From contig CAZJUB010000028.1 of the NCBI GenBank assembly GCA_964549075.1, forward strand, positions 1-31,075: a stretch of 31,075 bases of DNA, read 5' to 3'. Numbering within the stretch: the first letter of the stretch is position 1; the number at the start of each line of letters is the position of its first letter. The stretch comes from an uncultured archaeon. GTDB lineage: Archaea > Asgardarchaeota > Heimdallarchaeia > Heimdallarchaeales > Heimdallarchaeaceae. The translations under genes were made by a program, and so were the position numbers. The notes beneath the pieces were generated by a model. The model was not told the origin of the DNA and did no database searches. It saw only the letters and a program-made list of their open reading frames with translations. Of the stretch, positions 28,091 through 31,075 are shown piece after piece.

Positions 28091-28130
28091 TGAATTTAAA
28101 TTTTACACATGAGAGCTAAAAATTTAAAAG
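28091..28130. promoter_or_regulatory. Back-to-back TATA boxes between the hydrolase and NTP-transferase genes
   Basis: TTTAAA at 28095-28100 is 23 nt from ATG 28071 (-). TTTAAAAG at 28123-28130 is 24 nt from ATG 28155 (+). Confidence 0.55.
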
Positions 28131-28154
28131 AAAGAGAGTAATTGTAGAAACATC

Positions 28155-28958
28155 ATGATTTTCGATGCAATAATTTTAGCTGGAAAGAGTGAAAAAGATG
28201 ATGCTCTTTTACAACTTGAAAAAGTTCCAGCAAAAGGTTTTCTTAAACTTGGTAAGAAAATGTTCTTAGAACATCAAGTTGGTGTTATTGGACAATTGAA
28301 AGATATAAGAAATATCTACATTAGTGGTATGGCTGAAAAAGATTGGAAGACAGAACTTCCATTCCCGGTGATTTTCGATGAAGTTCAAGCTGGAATAATA
28401 GAAAAACTAAGGCATTTCAGACATGATGTTTTTACCCCAGAAACAGAACCAGATTATGTAATAATTATATCTAGTGATACTCCGCTGATAACCAAAGAAG
28501 CTGTTGAGAGATTTATTGAGAAATGTAAAAAAGCTACAGATGGTGAATTGAAAGCACTGTATTATATGTCCTTAATAGATGAAAAAGTGATGACTGCAAA
28601 ATTCCCTGAATCTAATAGATCGTATCTGAAGTTAAAGGATGTAAAATGGTGTGCTGGTGATACTCTCCTTGCTAAACCATCAATTATTGACACTCATGGA
28701 GATGTTCTTGATCAACTTATAAATAGCAGAAAGTCTGTATTCAAATCTTTGTTTGTTTTAAGTCCTTGGACAGTTGTAAAAATTATGATCGGTCAATTAA
28801 CACTAGATGGATTCAACAATGCGATTAACAAATATCTCTTTAAACAACCAAATTCATGCTTAGGAATTCTTGCGGATGATCCAGAATTAGGAATGGATGT
28901 AGACAAACCATTTCAACTAGAAATTGTAAGAGAATACTATGCTAAAATGAAAAAATAA
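28155..28958 (+). CDS. MobA-like NTP-transferase, paralogue 2
   Basis: DAIILAG, KGFLKLGKKMFLE, SSDTPLI, FPESNRSY, CAGD, RKS, MDVDKPFQLE. Confidence 0.87.
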   Translation: MIFDAIILAGKSEKDDALLQLEKVPAKGFLKLGKKMFLEHQVGVIGQLKDIRNIYISGMAEKDWKTELPFPVIFDEVQAGIIEKLRHFRHDVFTPETEPDYVIIISSDTPLITKEAVERFIEKCKKATDGELKALYYMSLIDEKVMTAKFPESNRSYLKLKDVKWCAGDTLLAKPSIIDTHGDVLDQLINSRKSVFKSLFVLSPWTVVKIMIGQLTLDGFNNAINKYLFKQPNSCLGILADDPELGMDVDKPFQLEIVREYYAKMKK

Positions 28959-28975
28959 GAGGAAATATGTCGATT

Positions 28976-29845
28976 TTATAGGGAATCAAGTGTTGGATAA
29001 AGTGTGATCATAACAGTACCATATCCAAGACTATTTGCTACACAAGGACTTATTTCCCAGAATTTAGTATCTTTAATTTTTCTGATTTGTTTAATCTTGT
29101 TCTCTAGTTTCTTCCCTAATTTCTCATTTTGAACATGTGAAACAATCAGATTATATTCAATATTAGCATCAGTATCTTCTTCAGCTTTAGCAATAATCTT
29201 CTTTACTGCACTACCAAAACCGGTTCCAGCACCAGCTGAACCAAAGCCTTTATCAAGTGTAGATAGATAAAGAGGTTTTAGACGCATCAAAGTAGAAATA
29301 ATAGACATTTTGGTTGTTTTCTTAATTTTACCAGTTCTGAATAAAATATCAAAAGTTGTAGATACACCCATAGTAAAAATCTTTGTTTTTAATTTATCTA
29401 GGGTTTTTGTTATAGATGTAATAGATTCACCTTTTTCAAGTAATTCTTGAGCATAAAGAGTAAAAGGAGCTTGGCTTGTAGCAGCATGTCCTGTAGAATA
29501 AAATTGATCTTTTATTTTGTCTTTAACTTTTTTATATGCTAACTTGACAGGAGCAATTTGATTAGTGAGTTCAGGTGTCACGTATAAATATAAAATATCT
29601 GTATATCCCTCTTCGATGGCTTTATTGAATATATCCAGTATATCTTGAGGATTGGCAACAGAGGTTTTAGGTACAGGATTCATGTGTTTCATTTGTGATA
29701 CAAATTGCTTATAATCTACCTCAGAAAGTTCTTTCTTATAGTCTCCTTCAATATCAATTGTAGGTTCTATAAGAACAATATTTTTCTCTTCTGCATATTC
29801 TGCAGGTATTTGTGATGTAGAATCAGTCATTATTTTAATTTTCAT
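28976..29845 (-). CDS. DegV family (FakB-like fatty-acid-binding) protein
   Basis: KIKIMTDSTS, PKTS, LFRTGKI, LMRLKP, ISPCVANSLG. ATG 29845 preferred over TTG 29854. Confidence 0.9.
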   Translation of the reverse strand: MKIKIMTDSTSQIPAEYAEEKNIVLIEPTIDIEGDYKKELSEVDYKQFVSQMKHMNPVPKTSVANPQDILDIFNKAIEEGYTDILYLYVTPELTNQIAPVKLAYKKVKDKIKDQFYSTGHAATSQAPFTLYAQELLEKGESITSITKTLDKLKTKIFTMGVSTTFDILFRTGKIKKTTKMSIISTLMRLKPLYLSTLDKGFGSAGAGTGFGSAVKKIIAKAEEDTDANIEYNLIVSHVQNEKLGKKLENKIKQIRKIKDTKFWEISPCVANSLGYGTVMITLYPTLDSL

Positions 29846-30049
29846 AGAGACCAATTGCTATTTTTTCAATTATTATATAAAGTTTATCAGCTATTATAAT
29901 TAACAGTAAAAGTAATTACAAATCTATAGATTTACGTTTTTGGAATATGAAAACAATTCAGCATCTAAACTTCACAAATTTTATTAACCGACATAATGTT
30001 ATATTCAAAGGAAAACCAAACAAATTAACTATTAACAGGTGGAAAATAA

Positions 30050-30916
30050 ATGAAAATTAAAATTACAACTGATGTAACAACTTGTATCCCAAAAGATGTT
30101 GCAGATAAAAATGATATTGAGTTTATTGAGTTTTATTTGAATATAGATGGTAAGCCTACTAAAGAACTATCAGAAATTGATAGAGAGAAATTTATGAACG
30201 AATTACAAGATATGGATCCCTTTCCTACTTCTAATTTTCCCAGTCCTCAAGATTATCTTGAAGCTTTTCAGAAGATACTTGATGATGGGTATGATGAGAT
30301 ATTCCACATCGGACTTAGTCCTAACATTTCAGGAGCGTTAAACTCTGCTAAAGCTGCTGCCAAAAGGCTGAAAAATGCAAAAATTACTATCTATGATAGT
30401 GGTATAATGGCTCCAAGTCAAGGTGCAATGGTTCTTATGATTGTAAAGCTGCTGAAAAAAGGAAAAAAACCTGATGAAATTATAAAATACTTAGAATCCA
30501 TTAAACACAATATCTATGGAGCAGGCTTATCGGTGAATTTTGATATACTCTTTAAAACAGGTAGAGTGAAGAAAAGTGCTGGACTGACAGTTATTTCTTC
30601 CTTGATGAAACTTAAACCTTTGTTTGAATTAAATTTCGAAACGGGAGTAACTGGAATAGGCGGAGGAGCTGGCTTTAATGGAGCTATTAAGAAAATTGTA
30701 CAAAACATTGTTGAAAAAACTGATGAAACATTAACTTATGATCTTATAATGACAGATGCAGGTGACCCTGAACTACTGAAAAAACTAGAAGAAAAAGTTA
30801 AGAAAGTGAGAACAATTAAAAACGTTCTTCACTGGCCAATGGTTTCTATGATGATTCATACTTGCGGAAAAGGTTCAGTAATGGCAACCTTAGCTCCAAC
30901 AATTGATGAGGTTTAG
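30050..30916 (+). CDS. DegV family (FakB-like fatty-acid-binding) protein
   Basis: KIKITTD, PSPQDY, LSPNISGA, IYDSG, LFKTGRV, LMKLKP, IHTCG. AGGTGG site upstream. Confidence 0.92.
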   Translation: MKIKITTDVTTCIPKDVADKNDIEFIEFYLNIDGKPTKELSEIDREKFMNELQDMDPFPTSNFPSPQDYLEAFQKILDDGYDEIFHIGLSPNISGALNSAKAAAKRLKNAKITIYDSGIMAPSQGAMVLMIVKLLKKGKKPDEIIKYLESIKHNIYGAGLSVNFDILFKTGRVKKSAGLTVISSLMKLKPLFELNFETGVTGIGGGAGFNGAIKKIVQNIVEKTDETLTYDLIMTDAGDPELLKKLEEKVKKVRTIKNVLHWPMVSMMIHTCGKGSVMATLAPTIDEV

Positions 30917-30930
30917 ATTTTCATTGAAAC

Positions 30931-30947
30931 TTTTCTTTTATTTTTTT
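30931..30947 (+). terminator. Oligo-T terminator after DegV
   Basis: TTTTCTTTTATTTTTTT 14 nt after the TAG. Confidence 0.6.
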
Positions 30948-30949
30948 AT

Positions 30950-31075
30950 TACGGCCTGAACGATACCACGATAACATTGCACAGGTCGCAGAACGACGGC
31001 AGGGCGGGAAAGGTAAGAATAAGAATATGGAAATATTAAACGGGGTGCGTTGATATGCCGGAAGAAACACTTGAG
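30950..31075 (+). other. Compositionally foreign terminal segment: 3' end of a headless ORF plus start of the next gene
   Basis: 60 of 125 nt are G+C (48%) over 30951-31075. Frame YGLNDTTITLHRSQNDGRAGKVRIRIWKY* ends 31039, then GGGGTG and ATG at 31055 (MPEETLE...). Confidence 0.65.

Noticed and set aside
1662-30708. Short antisense or nested ORFs in the track (1662, 2495, 7443, 8247, 8712, 9228, 9496, 11117, 13053, 13826, 14033, 16163, 16173, 17687, 18542, 21861, 24012, 24282, 26995, 30514)
   Set aside because: They lie on top of longer motif-bearing genes, mostly as antisense shadows, and show no recognisable motifs.
30914-31039. DegV TAG is in frame with the downstream open frame, suggesting amber (pyrrolysine) read-through
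   Set aside because: DegV is already full length, the intervening DNA is an oligo-T terminator-like tract, and the distal part is compositionally foreign. A frame match has a 1 in 3 chance.
30950-31075. GC-rich tail as a tRNA, 5S rRNA or other structural RNA
   Set aside because: No cloverleaf, TpsiC motif or convincing stems seen; it reads better as protein-coding with a stop, RBS and new start.
1-31075. CRISPR arrays, IS elements, integrases, long DNA repeats, tRNA or rRNA genes
   Set aside because: None seen. Intergenic gaps are short (about 200 nt or less) and AT-rich; paralogue similarity is evident mainly at protein level. A computational repeat/covariance scan was not possible.

Overview
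AT-rich (roughly 30% GC by eye), densely coding archaeal DNA with TATA-like boxes about 20-30 nt ahead of many start codons, GGTGA/GGAGG ribosome sites and oligo-T terminators. A two-domain gelsolin (3840-4466) and a surface protein with a PF-TM-basic C-terminal tail point to an Asgard archaeon, probably Heimdallarchaeia (inference). Routine genes: MacB/FtsX-type ABC pair, MazG-like pyrophosphatase, ilvE, gdhA, ZIP and MgtE transporters, M3 oligoendopeptidase, PHP hydrolase. Best candidates for undescribed biology: (1) a coupled pair of unknown genes (209 aa wHTH/Zn-ribbon + 582 aa CorA-like 2-TM protein) between gelsolin and the ABC transporter; (2) a bacterial-type lipid/head-group set in two loci: kinase-like gene without its catalytic Asp, 'quinate 5-dehydrogenase'-family gene, two paralogous MDVDKP NTP-transferases, PAP2 phosphatase, a/b-hydrolase and two divergent DegV/FakB genes. 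The last 125 nt jump to 48% GC and look foreign (assembly chimera or phage junction). No rRNA, tRNA, CRISPR array or transposase was recognised. All family calls are from motif recognition, not database searches.
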